Source: Raja brachyura (taxonomy: Eukaryota). Taken from it: DNA of 64,000 nt. This document shows, piece after piece, positions 27,207 through 40,078 of this stretch (position 1 is the stretch's first letter; the number at the start of each line of letters is the position of its first letter). The stretch spans positions 32,612,001 through 32,676,000 of the forward strand of contig OY740804.1 of NCBI GenBank assembly GCA_963514005.1, written 5' to 3'. The position numbers and the translations under genes are program-made. The notes under the pieces were generated by a model. That model was not told the origin of the DNA, made no database searches, and saw only the letters and a program-made list of their open reading frames with translations.

Positions 27207-28609
27207 TTACAATCAACAGAAGATGCCACTATAATTCATAAAACATTTACTGAACCTTATCCAACAAATAGGGATAGCTGAAATCTACCCCAAGATCAGA
27301 AAGTAAAGATGTTATAAATGTCATGAATTGTGCAGATAGTGTTCAAGTGAAAATGTTGTCGGAACAGATCGTGATCTATCCACTTTGTCCATGATTTGAA
27401 GGATATTCGAAGTTTATCAAACTTGTCTTTTTCAAAGCTTGGGAACTCATTTCTACTCTGTTGAAATGAGGAAGAATATTTACTTTCCCTCTTTTCCCAC
27501 TTCCTACTGCCAGAAACATACTTTAAGCCAAGTTAGAGTGCTGAGGGATGCAGTTATCTACTGATGAACTTCATCTAGCACAGAATGAGATTGGCATATT
27601 CCCATGACTAATCACACATCTTCAATGGCAAAGCTGATGTTATTGGCAGACATTGCCCTGGAGGAGAGTGATCATCTGCAAGATGAAACTAGCAGCCAGA
27701 AATGAAAGTCAGAACAAAGAAAAGGACGTAATTAATATTTTTCTGCAATAAAATGTGGATGATCAATTCCTGATTTCATTGTGCCATATAGGGCAAGAAC
27801 CACCCCATCCCCCCCCCAAAAAAATACATTTTAGCAAATCAAATAGCAATTATAATATGCTGACAAATTTATGAGGGCTCCAAATTTGCAAAGGATTCGT
27901 CTTAGTCCCTCTGACAGTCTAAGACTTTGTGACGTTAACAAAATAAAATGGAAACATAAGAGACTGCAGATGGTGGAATCTTAAGCAAAAAATAACAAAC
28001 TGGTGGAGAAACTTAGAAGATCTGTGGACGAAAATGTATGAAATCGAGACCCTTCTTCTTGATCCAAAACATCAACTATCCATTTCCCACCACAGGAACT
28101 ACGTGACCAGCTGAGTTCCTCCAAAAGATTGTTTTTTGCTTAAAAACAGCCATATTCTGTGGTTGGATACGTGCCAATGTTTCTCAGAGTTGTCACATGG
28201 GGTTTCTCCCAAAAGTTGGAATCCAAACTATTATTTGCTGAGCAGCTCTTCAATGGCTAGCTGAAGGCCTTTGTGATGGCTTTCCCCCTGATGGGCAGCA
28301 GTCAGAACCATTTGTAGTTACAGTAAACAAAAGGGACTCCTTTTTTGAAAGTCCCCAGTCAATCGTTTCTAACACCCTCTCTTCAGACGTGGGATATGAG
28401 GGTGTGAACTTGTGAATGTATAGTCTCATTGTTGAGTTTTAAAACTACAGCAGAAATATCTTTAGGTCAAAGGACCTTGAACGCTGACATTTTTTTTAAA
28501 ATCTCATGTCGGTCCAACAATCTCCTGATGTCCAATTCAAAATTATGGCCAGAAAAATAGTTGGTGGATGACATGGGCACTTAGTGGATAGCCACAATGT
28601 GTGGATTCT

Positions 28610-29330
28610 TAAAGACTCACACTGCCTCGGCAAGGCCAGCAGCATAATATAGGACGAGTCGCAACCTGGCCACTCCCTTTTCTCCCTTCTCCCATCAGGT
28701 AAACGGTATAGGTGTGAAAACGCACACCACTAGATTCAGGGACAGTTTCTAGCCAGCTGTTATCAGGCAAATGAATCATCCTAACACAACTAGAGAGAGA
28801 GCAGTGCTGAACTATTTTAGTTTTTTTTTGTTTAGAGATACAGCGCGGAAACAGGCCTTTCTGCCCACTGGGTCCGCGCCGACCAACGATCCCTGCACAT
28901 TACCACCATCCAACACATACGGGACAATTTTTACATTTATCAAGCCAATTAACCTACAAACCTGTACGTCTTTGGAGTGTGGGAGGAAACCGAAGATCTT
29001 GCAGAAAACCCACGCAGGTCACGGCGATAACGTACAAACTCCGTACAGACAACACCCGTAGTCGGGATCGAACCCGGGTCTCCGGCGCTGCATTCGCTGT
29101 AAGGCAGCAACTCTACTGCTGCGCCACCATGCCAGTACTAACTACCTCTTTGTAGTCCCTCGGACTTTTCTGGCTTTACCTTGCACTAAATGTTATTCCC
29201 TTATCATGTATCATGTATCTGTACACTGTAAATGGATTGATTGTAACCATGTATTGTTTTTCTGCTGACTGACTAGCATGCAACAAAAAGCTTTTTACTA
29301 TAGCTCGGTACACGTGACAATAAACTAAAC
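28610..29330 (+). mobile_element. Rex1/Babar-type 3' tail split by a SINE
   Basis: ggcaaggccagcagcataat...cccatcagg...agattcagggacagtttc..cagctgttatcagg, resuming after 29140 and ending ...cacgtgacaataaactaaact. Confidence 0.7.
28815..29133 (-). mobile_element. tRNA-derived SINE (HE1/V-SINE type), near full length
   Basis: Minus strand has box A GGTGGCGCAGCAG and box B GGGTTCGATCCC, the V-domain-like core GGTTTCCTCCCACACTCCAAAGAC, and a CR1-like tail CCTGTTTCCGCGCTGTATCTCTAAAC. Inserted into a Rex1/Babar tail. Confidence 0.9.
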
Positions 29331-30309
29331 TAAGACCATCTACAGCTGAAATACCCAAGAGTTTACCCTGCTGAATGCCATGAAACAAGGAGAGCATCCC
29401 ATGCAGAGGGAGCACTGCTCAGTGGAATTAGTCACTCAAACAACTCAAAATTGGGGTTTTGTCCTTGACACAACTATTTTTGATTTTATCCCATAACACA
29501 CTATCTTGACAAACTCTCAGAAAATATGAAGAATCCACAACCATTTTATATAACCATTTTAACAAAAATATAAGGATCTCAAAACTCACAGGTGCTTGAA
29601 GAAGGGCAATGATAGTCATAGCACATAATCTGATGATAATTCTGGTCACGAGTCTACTGCTTGAGAAAGCTCAAGAGTGCAAAGCCTTTGAGATGCATGT
29701 TACAGCAGAACAAAGCAAAGGTTTTCAGAGGCAGCAGCTGGATGTTGCAATCAGAGAGGGTTGCAGATGGCAATGCCGGAGGGTGACAAGAGAGGGCTTG
29801 CAATCAGCTCTGGAGTTTGTGAGTTGGGAGCCTTCCACTAGCTGTTGTGGTGAGGGTCAGTGAGGTGACAGCTTAAGGGCGCAGCTGTTGGTGGAACAGC
29901 CGGATGACCAGTAATAGGGGAAAGAAAGGGGGACCCATAATTGGGGAGGTAGACGTGTTGCAGGGTACTTCAGGTGACTGGGACCTTCAGTCCTGATATA
30001 AAGCAAATCAATGACTTAAAGGAGAACTAATAAGAAAACCTCTTAGTTGGGAAGCCATCTGCTTCGGCAGCCAACAAGCAGCATGCTTTAAATCAATTGG
30101 GCTGGAAATCCACAATGACAAACATACTTATGAACAATACAAGGCAATTTCCTCTTAAAGCATTTTGCAAAGTGTGTTGGAGGAAATTAGATAATTACAC
30201 TCATGTCTTATGTGGAATTCAGCTATTTGTGCAGTAGAAATCTCTGATTGGAAATAACAGGTTGAATTTCTAGAGTGGTACGATTTCACCCAGACGCTTA
30301 CGTAAATGT

Positions 30310-30520
30310 AGACACAAAGAACTGTCTATAATGATTTACAAACAAAAGACAAACTGCTAGAATAACTCAAGCGGGTCAGGCAGCATCTCTGGAGAACATT
30401 GATCGCTGACATTTTTGGTTGGGACCCTTCTTCAGATTGAAGGGGACCAACCCAAAACATCGCTCATCCATGTTCTCCAGAGATGCTGCCAGACCCACCG
30501 TTATTCTCCGCACTTAGTGT
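30310..30520. repeat. Head-to-head pair of the short Penelope-derived repeat (long imperfect inverted repeat centred near 30436)
   Basis: ggcagcatctctggagaacat on the left is the reverse complement of atgttctccagagatgctgcc on the right. Confidence 0.85.
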
Positions 30521-31814
30521 ATTTTTTATTATTGTAAATGTGTTGTGCTCCAGATTAAAAATACATTTCACGCATAAGGTGCTGAAAAAAAGTATCACCC
30601 ATTGAATTTCTGGGCGAATCATCTCAAATTAGTTGGTATCTAGCCCTCATTGCTGTCAATAATTATTGCTGTGAACTTCTTATTGCATCGACATTTTAGT
30701 TTAAAATGCTATCCCTAACATTGAAACAAATAAAATGTTGCCATTTAATTGTCATATTGTTTGACGTACATGTTGAAAACGTTAAGACTTTCAGAATTAT
30801 CATTAAGCCTTGATGTCTTTTTGCCAGCTGCAATAAACCAATTCTGTCTTTCTCTTTTCCTCAACCCTTCCCATTACACATTTTATTTTGTTTATGACAA
30901 ACTTCTCATTACTGCTCAAAACTGGGGTGGGAGATTGCAACCTTCACGTGGTCCGCCCTGTTTCGACGAATGCAATCAACCTGTTGTGCACAATCAAATA
31001 AGATCAAATAGAACAAGTTGTCCTACTACTTTAGGCTGTTCACTCCATACGCAAGAAGAAGACTGCTCAAAACCACAAATTCTGCCCACCCACATCTTTG
31101 ACAGTCACAAATTAAATCCTTTAAGCTTCTCCAACTCTGGGTATTATGTCTGGTTCACCACAAATGATAGAATCACAATAATAATCTATGCCAGTTTTGA
31201 GAGGATTAATTACCTATGTTCCTGGAGATTACAGAGACCAGGTTTTCCCCATGAGTAAATGGATAAAACCAATTATTTTTTACAAATTCGGCAATAAACT
31301 CAACTCCATACTACAAAATGACTGAACTAATAATTAACGGATAATATCCTGATTACGAGTGTGTGATAATTCTAATTTATACAATGTCTAGATGTCCCAC
31401 ATAGAAAGAAGGTTTAAGAATTTAACATTATATTCAATGCCTTTTCTAAGCAATATTCAAATTTCAAAAACTAGAGACTCAGAATTGAAAATCATTTTCT
31501 GATTGCAGAACAGAATGTAGTGCAACTCATAGTCAGAGAAACTTAAATCATACGATTTTAAAATATGTCTGGAGAAACCACACATATGGACAACTGAGAG
31601 TATCGAATGGGTTGAAAGTTAGAATGTGGATCTAGAAAATGCTTTGTCAAGGTGAATTTATGAAGCTCTGTGTTGTATAAAAGGATGAGCATAACATTTT
31701 GAATTAGCCAAAACATCTCCATTGTTGGGATAAGTAGGAAGTCAACATTTAAAACTAGAGTAAGAGATGAAAACCTGAACTATGTGGGTCTGTTCTGGCT
31801 TTGATACAAGTTTG

Positions 31815-32300
31815 TACTAAAGATAGACACAAAGTGCTGGAGTAACTCAGCAGGTCATGCAGCATCTCTGGCGAAAAAGGATACCTCAGGTCGGGTAGGC
31901 CCATTGTTGGCTCGGGAAGGTGTGATCTTAAGAGCGATACAATGTGGTGAACTGTAGAACAGGTGGAGGAAGGGAGCAAGGGGGTTGGGGGGGAGTAGGT
32001 AGAAGTTATTTAAAATTAGAGAATTCAACGTTCATACCACAGGTTGTAAGCTACCCAAGCGAAATATGAGAAGCTGTTCCTCCACATTGTGCGTGGACTC
32101 ATTCTGGTAATGGAGGCAGCTCAGGACAGGAAGGTCACTGTGGGAATGGGAAGGGAATGAGACATGGTTGGCAACCGGGCTATCCTGTAGACCTTGGCGG
32201 ACTGAGTGTAAGTGTTCGGCAAAACGGTCGCCAAGTCTGCATTTGGTCTCAGCGATGTATGGGAGCCCACATTGGGAACACCAGATGCAGTGGATGAGGT
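31815..32300 (-). mobile_element. Penelope-like element 3' fragment (GIY-YIG plus tail)
   Basis: ORF 32032..32328 includes IWCSQCGLPYIAETKCRLGDRFAEHL...EEQLLIFRLGSLQP. The tail gatgctgc...gagttactccagcactttgtgtcta follows. Confidence 0.85.
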
Positions 32301-34784
32301 ACCTCATTTCAGTGCACTGATTTTCCATTCCGTTTCACGGGGAGAATAATATAACTTGTTGCAATGGGTCATATAATGAATTATAAGGGAAGCACAATGA
32401 TTGAAGCTGCAAAAACTGATCTGCAGAAAATCATACTCGACATGCCCTTAATGACTTTAACAAGCATAGTTTCACTGTAGCATGGGAAATGAGTTTGAAG
32501 GGAGTTAACAACCCTTGCTGCTTTGCAAAGTACTGTAAAACAGTATTTCCAAATTCGCTAGTGGCATTCACGGAGAGATCAATATTGGAAGCAACTTCAT
32601 TAGGCATCCATGGTGAGGATAAGTTTATCATATTGCTGTGATTAATTTTAGTCAATATAACATTTTCAATTAGATTGAATATCTCTTCTCTATGAACATT
32701 GATATTTATAGAATTTTTCATGAGGATTATCAAGACAATCAAATTCTGTGCTTCGTGGCAAATTACAACTGCTGACAAATTGACAACACAGCAATCTGCA
32801 TCACACTGCATCTGTCATCCCCTGGTAATGAACAGATGTTCATCAATACATTTTGGCCATCAGTGAGAGAATACACCAAAATCAGTCAACATGGTAACCA
32901 TACCTCGACAGTATTATAATGAACGGTGTCAAAAGTGCATAAGACTGATAAGAACTATGAAAAGTGGTGAGGAAATTCATTCTACTGCTCGTAAAAAAGA
33001 ATGTGTACATGTATACTGGACGTTTTAATTTAATGTTGGTCATTCGTAACACAGGGTGGCCTGTAATGCCAAATAATCTGTCCCTTTTCAAGCCGACATG
33101 TTAATGGGTAATAAACATGGATAAAAATAATTTTAAAAATATATTTATTACTCCCGAAATGCGAAATAACGGTTGCATTCAATTTACTCCAGTAAAAGGG
33201 ACAAAATATTAATAAGCTGAGAACTGTAAACAAAAGGTGAAAATGTTGGAAATTGTAAACAAAGGTTGAATATCCTGGAAAAACTCAGCAGTGGAGTGGG
33301 TGGAGAAAACAGGCATCAGCCTGTTGTGGTGTGGATCCTTCTACAAATCTAAAGTATTAACTTGTCAGTTTTCCCATACTCAAATTGATTGATTTGCGTT
33401 TTGTGGTCTTAGATGGAATCTATGCAAAGAAAGACTCTTGCGAATCTCATTCATAGGAAGTGAAAGAATATGGTTCACTCTGAAAGTGAAGACTTCAGAG
33501 CACAACCTTAAAAAAAAGATGAAAGGGTACAATTAGAAAGTTTACCAGTCACATTTAAAATGTTTGTGCACCGTATTAATAAATGCTGAATACTGAAGAA
33601 AGAAACTGAATTGTGCAGAAAGTAAATCAAGAATTTCACACATCGATGATTACATACGTTAACAGCCCAAGTGGATATGAATGCTGAGCGCAATGCATAA
33701 TACCCAATATTTACCACTCCAGCATAGTGTACTCCTCATAATTTCAATTGGTTTGGTTTCCAAAACATTTGAATTTTCCAATCATTTGTATTGCACAAGA
33801 TGAATAATGTAGAGCCCAAAATTGAGTTATTCTATATTTTGAATAAAGTAATTTTGAATATACAGTTTGTGACAAATATTTAGCAGTTGTAAAAGTTCAA
33901 CAATTCAAAGTAATCTCCATAACTCTAATATAATTTGATCATTCAGGAATTACGGAAGATCTCATATTGGATCAGATAAGAAGCTAAATGGCATATCTCT
34001 TGGTTTATCTGCTCAGTCAGTGCTTCGATAACCATATCAGAAAAGTTGATTATTTCAGACATCCCCATCGTGAGGCAAAGCTTTAAAAGAAAACTCCAGC
34101 TAATGAGGCTGGAGGTCATCCGACAAGTTCAGTTATATTAAGAAAATTGTTGTCAAATTTACCTTGTGGTTGAAACTCTTTAAAAATTATCAGAACATAG
34201 CAATAAGTCCTCAATTTATCATTGCATGCCATTTTGACTGATTCACACACCATCGTTCCCAAACAGTTTGACAAACCAAACTACAAGACAGTATGGATGA
34301 GGCATGTGCTTTTAAACAGTTTAAAATCAACCCCTTTAAAAAAACAAGTTAAAAAGGATATGTGGTCTTTTAAAAGCACCTTTGATTTACATGGTTTAGA
34401 AGCAAATGTCTTACTGAAAATGTATAACTGGAAAAAATGCAAGATATGAATTCATATAACATTGGCTTATGACTTTAGTAGCATTCGGGTATATTAGGTA
34501 ACAGTGCAGTAGCTCACAGTGCTGGGAGGTTAGAGTATTTCAAAGTTCAGGTACGAAATAAGATTCCCAAGTATTTCCAGAGTTTTTGTTTTAAAGCAGT
34601 TGAAAGATCACCAAGAAGTTGAAGGCAGCTGTATTTGAATTACAGGGTTGAGTATAGGAAGCTCAAATACGAAATTCCCCTTTCAGAAGAGTGAAAGCAG
34701 CTTTAAGTGCCCGCTACAGGACGCGGAGTAGTGGAACAGGTTCACAGTGCAAAGGCACAGAATAGAAGCGGGAGAACCAGGTGG

Positions 34785-34898
34785 TCAGAAAATGGTGGTT
34801 TCATACTTTGTACTAATTGTCCTCTTGGAATCCTGCTTGGAGTCAGCTATCCATGCCACAGCACCGTGTGATTGAGAATCTTGATCAATGTTGTCAAT
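34785..34898 (-). CDS. ANKS1A: ANKS1A last coding exon (IDNIDQDSQSHGAVAWIADSKQDSKRTISTKYETTIF*)
   Basis: 114 nt including TGA, acceptor ttattgttgtag. Ends in the ANKS1-family class I PDZ-binding motif ETTIF. Contains an internal donor AA|gtatga after position 34807. Confidence 0.93.
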   Translation of the reverse strand: MDNIDQDSQSHGAVAWIADSKQDSKRTISTKYETTIF

Positions 34899-37690
34899 CT
34901 ACAACAATAAGATGAGAGAAATGTGAGAAAATGCAAATTATTTTGATATGCAGACTACTGTGCCGTGCATTTAATAACCAATTCAAATCTGATGAGAAAT
35001 GCAATGAAAATTATTGACAATCAGTTGTGATAATTTTGAGAAGCATTAAACTACCCAACTTTTACAGATGAATAATGAAAAACAGCAAAAAGTGAATAAG
35101 ACTAACGTGGTTGAGACTTAACCAAGGTATTTTTAGCGAGGAATAGAAGTGGAAAAAAAAATTGCCTTCCTCTAACAAACAACTACGGATATGCACGTCA
35201 ACACTTTGACAACAGTTTTTTTGCAGGTTGTGGCTCATTTGGAAATAACTGAATTACAAGTTTGTGCAAGACGTTTCTTGAGGAGGTCTACTGAAGGCAC
35301 CTTTAACAAAAGAAACACCTTCAGTCAAATGTAGTTTCTACCCAACCATAAGATAAAAAAGCAAAAACACACTTCAAAAAAACAAGTGAACAAACTAGGG
35401 GAGTTAGCAGCCATCTTCAAAATCCTCTTTCTCAATACTGAGCAGGACGTATTGGTAGCTGTAGCAACAATACCCAGTTCTCACTATTGTGTCTTGTTTC
35501 CATTTGTTTTTTCTGCAAATCTCGTTGGGAAAATATGGGTTGAAAGAGGATTTTTAAAGGTTGCACTGCTTTACTGTATCACAATATAATTTATTTAGTA
35601 GCTCAAGGGTGGAATATCAAGACCAATTTAGGAGATTGGTTAAGCTACACAAACAAAGCAATGGGCAGAATGAACAATAGGTAATGTAACATAATCATCA
35701 TTCACATCAATAAAGTCACAACATCCAATATTGTGTACTTGGCAATTGCAAAGGTATAATCATGTGCAGTGGTGCAACACTCTGAGAGTTCAATACTCAT
35801 GATCTATTAAGTAATTTGCCAAAAAATAAATAAATGTAGCTCTTTTGACTGATTTTGAAAAATGATTTGCCCAAATGAAGAAGTACCTGTTTCATACACT
35901 GTTAGCATTATTCTGACCCCAGCAAGATAATGAAAGGTTAAAAGTTATGGAGGTATCAGATACATGGCAAACAGCTTGGTTGGGCTTTCTGCAGGTAATC
36001 TATCATAAAATCATCTAGAATTTCCATGTTGTGCTACTTCTGAGGCCAACTCAATTTCATAGATGTCTCCTCAAGTGAATCCGACAGCTTTTCAATGCAC
36101 CTCGGTACACGTGACAATAATAAACTAAACACACAAATGACAAGCTGGGACTCATTTGGCAGCAAATACGAACTGATACCTAATATATATTTGTTTTGAT
36201 CAGTGTGCAAATTTCTCATACATCTCTGAGTGTCTGATAAGCAGACAGAAAAGTCATGCTTGAAAACCTAGTGAAAAGTGCTTATGCGGTGTTCTCTGTG
36301 TAATCAAGCTGGTTCTGGTGCAATAAACCTCAGGGAACAGAAGTTATTTCAGATGAATGAAATATGCAGATTGCTAAATTTATCAGGTTATGACAATCCC
36401 ACCCTTGAGCTGAGAAGTAGTTGATGCTTGAAGACTATGTAACAAATGCATTTTTCTCAGTTCTGCACGAGACTACAAATCTTACTTTAAATGCAAATGA
36501 ATCTGTGACAAAGGTTTCATCAGTCAGCATTTGCAAATTAAAAAAGATTGAGGAAGCATATTTAAGAGCTAGAAAAATCATTACTATTATTTTCTGTCAA
36601 CCGCACACATATAGATTCTGCAAAAGAGAATATATAAGTACATTATTTAAGGGGAGCCCTAAAAAATTAAACCTAAAGCCGAATCATGGGCAGAAATATC
36701 GGAAATGCTACCCCAACCTATGATCTACCGCTGCTTAAAGTCATGGACACAAATAACCATGAAAGCAGTGTTACCTCAAGTGAACCATATTTATCAATCC
36801 AAACAAATTACTCATGATGCATCTTTGCATATGAATAAAATTCAGAAACGGACTATTAATGAGTCCATCTGCCACTTGGTATTCTTGCAATGACTTTAAA
36901 CAAATAAATTAGATAAACCATAAATCATCGTAGAAATATAATAGTTGAAGAGCATAATGCCAGCTGCAAAGCAATCCCCAAATCTACTTTTGTTTAAAGT
37001 TTACAAACCAAATCAGGAAATAACGAAAACGTCTAATAAAATCACTTGAATCCACTTTGATACGAAGAACAAAAAATGTGTCTATTAACTGAAAGGGAAT
37101 GGGTTACCAATATAATATTAAATTTTAGGAATATTGACATAGTTGAGAAAATAAATCTTGACACAAACATCTCAAAGATTAATCACTTAAAAATAAATTT
37201 GACAATTATTAGAAGAGGAAGAATATAAATGGAAGGATGAAAAAGATGCACAAAATGAGATTAGCCAGAAGCTGCTATGAAAGGTTACCATCCTCATGGA
37301 AGTGACATCCTTCTGCCATGTAATTTTGTTGATTATATAATTTGGCGTTTTTTACCCCAGGAATTTCCAAAATTTTCCCACTTTTGCATGCCCATTTCTA
37401 AACCTTCTTCCAGAGTACTCTTGATTTAACATAAAATGCTCTAGGTATATTTATTATTTAAATTTACTCTCAAATCTCAAGATTTTATTTTAGTTTGGTT
37501 CACCCCAATCTCATAGGCTGCAAATAGTTCTTTCTGTAATTTATTTTAAATGCCAGAACTATCAAGGTGCACATTAGAAAATGAACTCTCGTTAATACCT
37601 AATTTCAGTGGGTTTGTTTAAAGCTGCTGGCTGCCATGCATGGATGGGAATGCACATGAGGAACAGAGATATATAAATATAGAGAGAAAC

Positions 37691-37792
37691 CTGGACTCCT
37701 TTGCTGAACGAATGCAGCGGTAGAGGTGGAAGCGAAGGCCTGTGAGTAGTGCACGTGTGACAGTAACAGCATCTGCTATTAAGTGGCTGCAC
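37691..37792 (-). CDS. ANKS1A: ANKS1A probable alternative cassette exon, Cys/His-rich (VQPLNSRCCYCHTCTTHRPSLPPLPLHSFSKGVQ)
   Basis: 102 nt, phase 0/0, acceptor ...ggaccag, donor CAG|gtttct. Resembles a CCHCHTCTTHRPS insert that I recall from longer mammalian Anks1 isoforms. The acceptor has a weak polypyrimidine tract. Confidence 0.78.
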
Positions 37793-38399
37793 CTGGTCCA
37801 TTTGGCAAGAAACGACAGCAGTCATTAGTGAACTATAGCATACTATAACATCCAGCCAGGTCACCACCAGATCATTAATCTAGTAATTGAATCCATTTAT
37901 TTATCTGTCAGCTACCATTCACCAATGCATTTTGATAGACTAACACAATAACTGCAGCACAATTTAAGCAAACTTGAAGGTAAATGCGATACTAATTCCT
38001 TGTTCGTTTTCTTTTTAACATTGAAGTTAGTTCAATAATTCTGTGAAGATTTATATTTATCAAGGAGAAGTTTGCTGCAGATGCAAATGGGACATTTTAT
38101 TGATTCAGATACCTCCTGCCAGTATTGAACATTCCCCGCAAATGCATTTTACTGTAATTTCATATCTCATGGAAAGTTATTTATATGCCGCTTCAGTTTC
38201 ATATGCCTTTTGTAAGAAAATTGCTGTACAGTATGTACTCATAATGTTACCAATGATGCCGAATCATGTGTTAAAAATTATTCTCTTGACGCTAAGTACA
38301 ATAATACTTTTCTGAAAAATGCAATTTTCTTGTTACAAACCAGAACTTTCTCAAATTCATTAAGTAATTTTAGGAGCATTTTGAACAGATTAAACTTAC

Positions 38400-38576
38400 A
38401 GCAGATTTTCTCATGCTGGATCGTGGTTTAGGGACTGGTTTAGATGTCCTCATGTCCGCAGACTCTGCTTCAGCCATGGAAAGCGACGTCTGAGTAGGTT
38501 TCTGAGCTTGCAGTGCAAGTTGGTAGGCAACTTCAAATGCCTGTCCCAGCGTAAGGATTATTTCATATGTTAAATT
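38400..38576 (-). CDS. ANKS1A: ANKS1A exon, PTB C-terminal helix and tail ([59 protein letters not shown])
   Basis: 177 nt, acceptor tttattccag, donor gtaagt. Lies within ORF 38370..38594; contains the [13 protein letters not shown] helix and KPVPKPR. Confidence 0.96.
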
Positions 38577-39940
38577 CTGGAATAAAGATAGCAATGAATA
38601 AAATACTATTTCCGTTTTTATTATGTTTCAATATTGTCTTCTGTGGTTAATCATGTTTAGTTATCAGACAATTAACACCATTCTGTTTTATTGTGCGAAG
38701 ACCTGGGTCAAATCCATGCATAACCTTTCTGATGCCACTGCAACTAAGGTCATGTGGGACATGTATGACCTTTTCTAAAATAAAGTAACATGATGAACCA
38801 TTTCTGCTTCAATAAAATACATATAAATTGATACCATTGTTACAGCTAAAAGTATTGGATACTGAAGTCCAGTTCTGCTTTCATGAAGAATTCAATTAGT
38901 TAAAAAAGTCATAGTTTTTAAATACCATTGTGGATAGAAACCTAAATTTGGTAAATCTTTTCCATCGTTGCAATGACCCTGCTCTAAAGTTCAGGTTTGA
39001 AATACATGCTAAATCTCAAATATTTTCTCCAGATCCCTTGATCTCTGCCTCAGCTGTGAAATGAAACATTTGAATAGTTCTGTCTAGGTTTTTCTCCAAC
39101 ACAAGGTGTTGCTTAGTTTTAAGATCAAGTCCACCACACTGTTCAATGCATTCTAAGAGTAGAAAGAGGGTGCCAAGATTGGGATGAAAAAGTGTTGATG
39201 AAAAATAATCATATAATTGCATCTAGCCCTGGAAAGCACCCTTGCGTCCATCTTATGAGCATGGTTTAAGAAAAGATGAATTGTGTTTTACAGCTCTCAG
39301 TGTCGCAATTGAACAGGCTCTACTTGGTTGAAATGCACAAAATGAAAAAAATAAGCCATTCAATATTTTCCCTTTTTATACTATCGCAGTATTTTGTTCA
39401 TCTTCTGAAGGGCATGCATTAGTGCTATTTTATTGTGCAATATCCCTTTCCTCAGCACCAACTACTCCTATCCTGCACCTCCCAAACTTCTCCCATTCAA
39501 GATGATAATGTATGAAAACATTTGGCTGCGGTCATGCCAGCTGGGAGAGGATACCTCATCTGATAGCTTTTAAATGAGGAGTGGTGAAATATTAAAGCTG
39601 CCCCAAATTATAAGCTTTTAAAATAAATTAACATTTATTAAACACTACAGTAATTACCCTTCCCAAACTTCCTTTTCTGAGTGGGATTTGGAAAAGATAT
39701 TCAGACAAACTCATATGATCAAAAAACAACAACCTTTTATACCAAAGCTTAGCCTTAAGAACAGAGGGAGGGGTTTACGAACAGTGGGGAAGTGGGGAGG
39801 GGAGGGTCAGGTGTCACATTTGGCAACAGAGGCAAGTTATTACTCGAGAATTGAACATTAGTGGTTTGAATCTGAGAAGAAAGCACAATACTTTTGAGCT
39901 GTATATTTCTTTTGAATATTAAAGGAGGATAATGACGTAC

Positions 39941-40078
39941 TACATCAAGCGTGCTGAAAACATGGCAATAGTGATGATTTGTTTGTAGATCTTTAGTGAT
40001 GTAAGCAAATGTGCAAAGATCTTCAGGATCCTGGGCAGCACAGGAAATATTGCGGATTTCGTGCTCAGCAATGATATT
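39941..40078 (-). CDS. ANKS1A: ANKS1A PTB exon ([46 protein letters not shown])
   Basis: 138 nt, acceptor ttcattcacag, donor gtacgt. Lies within ORF 39755..40093 and contains the PTB core ISCAAQD...FAYITKD...HYCHVF. Confidence 0.96.

Noticed and set aside
29055-29133. tRNA gene (also 51274-51360)
   Set aside because: Box A and box B belong to SINE heads that continue into the SINE core and tail; no complete cloverleaf.
30749-31258. 169-aa plus-strand ORF
   Set aside because: Antisense within an ANKS1A intron, runs through what looks like a short repeat (about 30915-31062), and has no domain signal.
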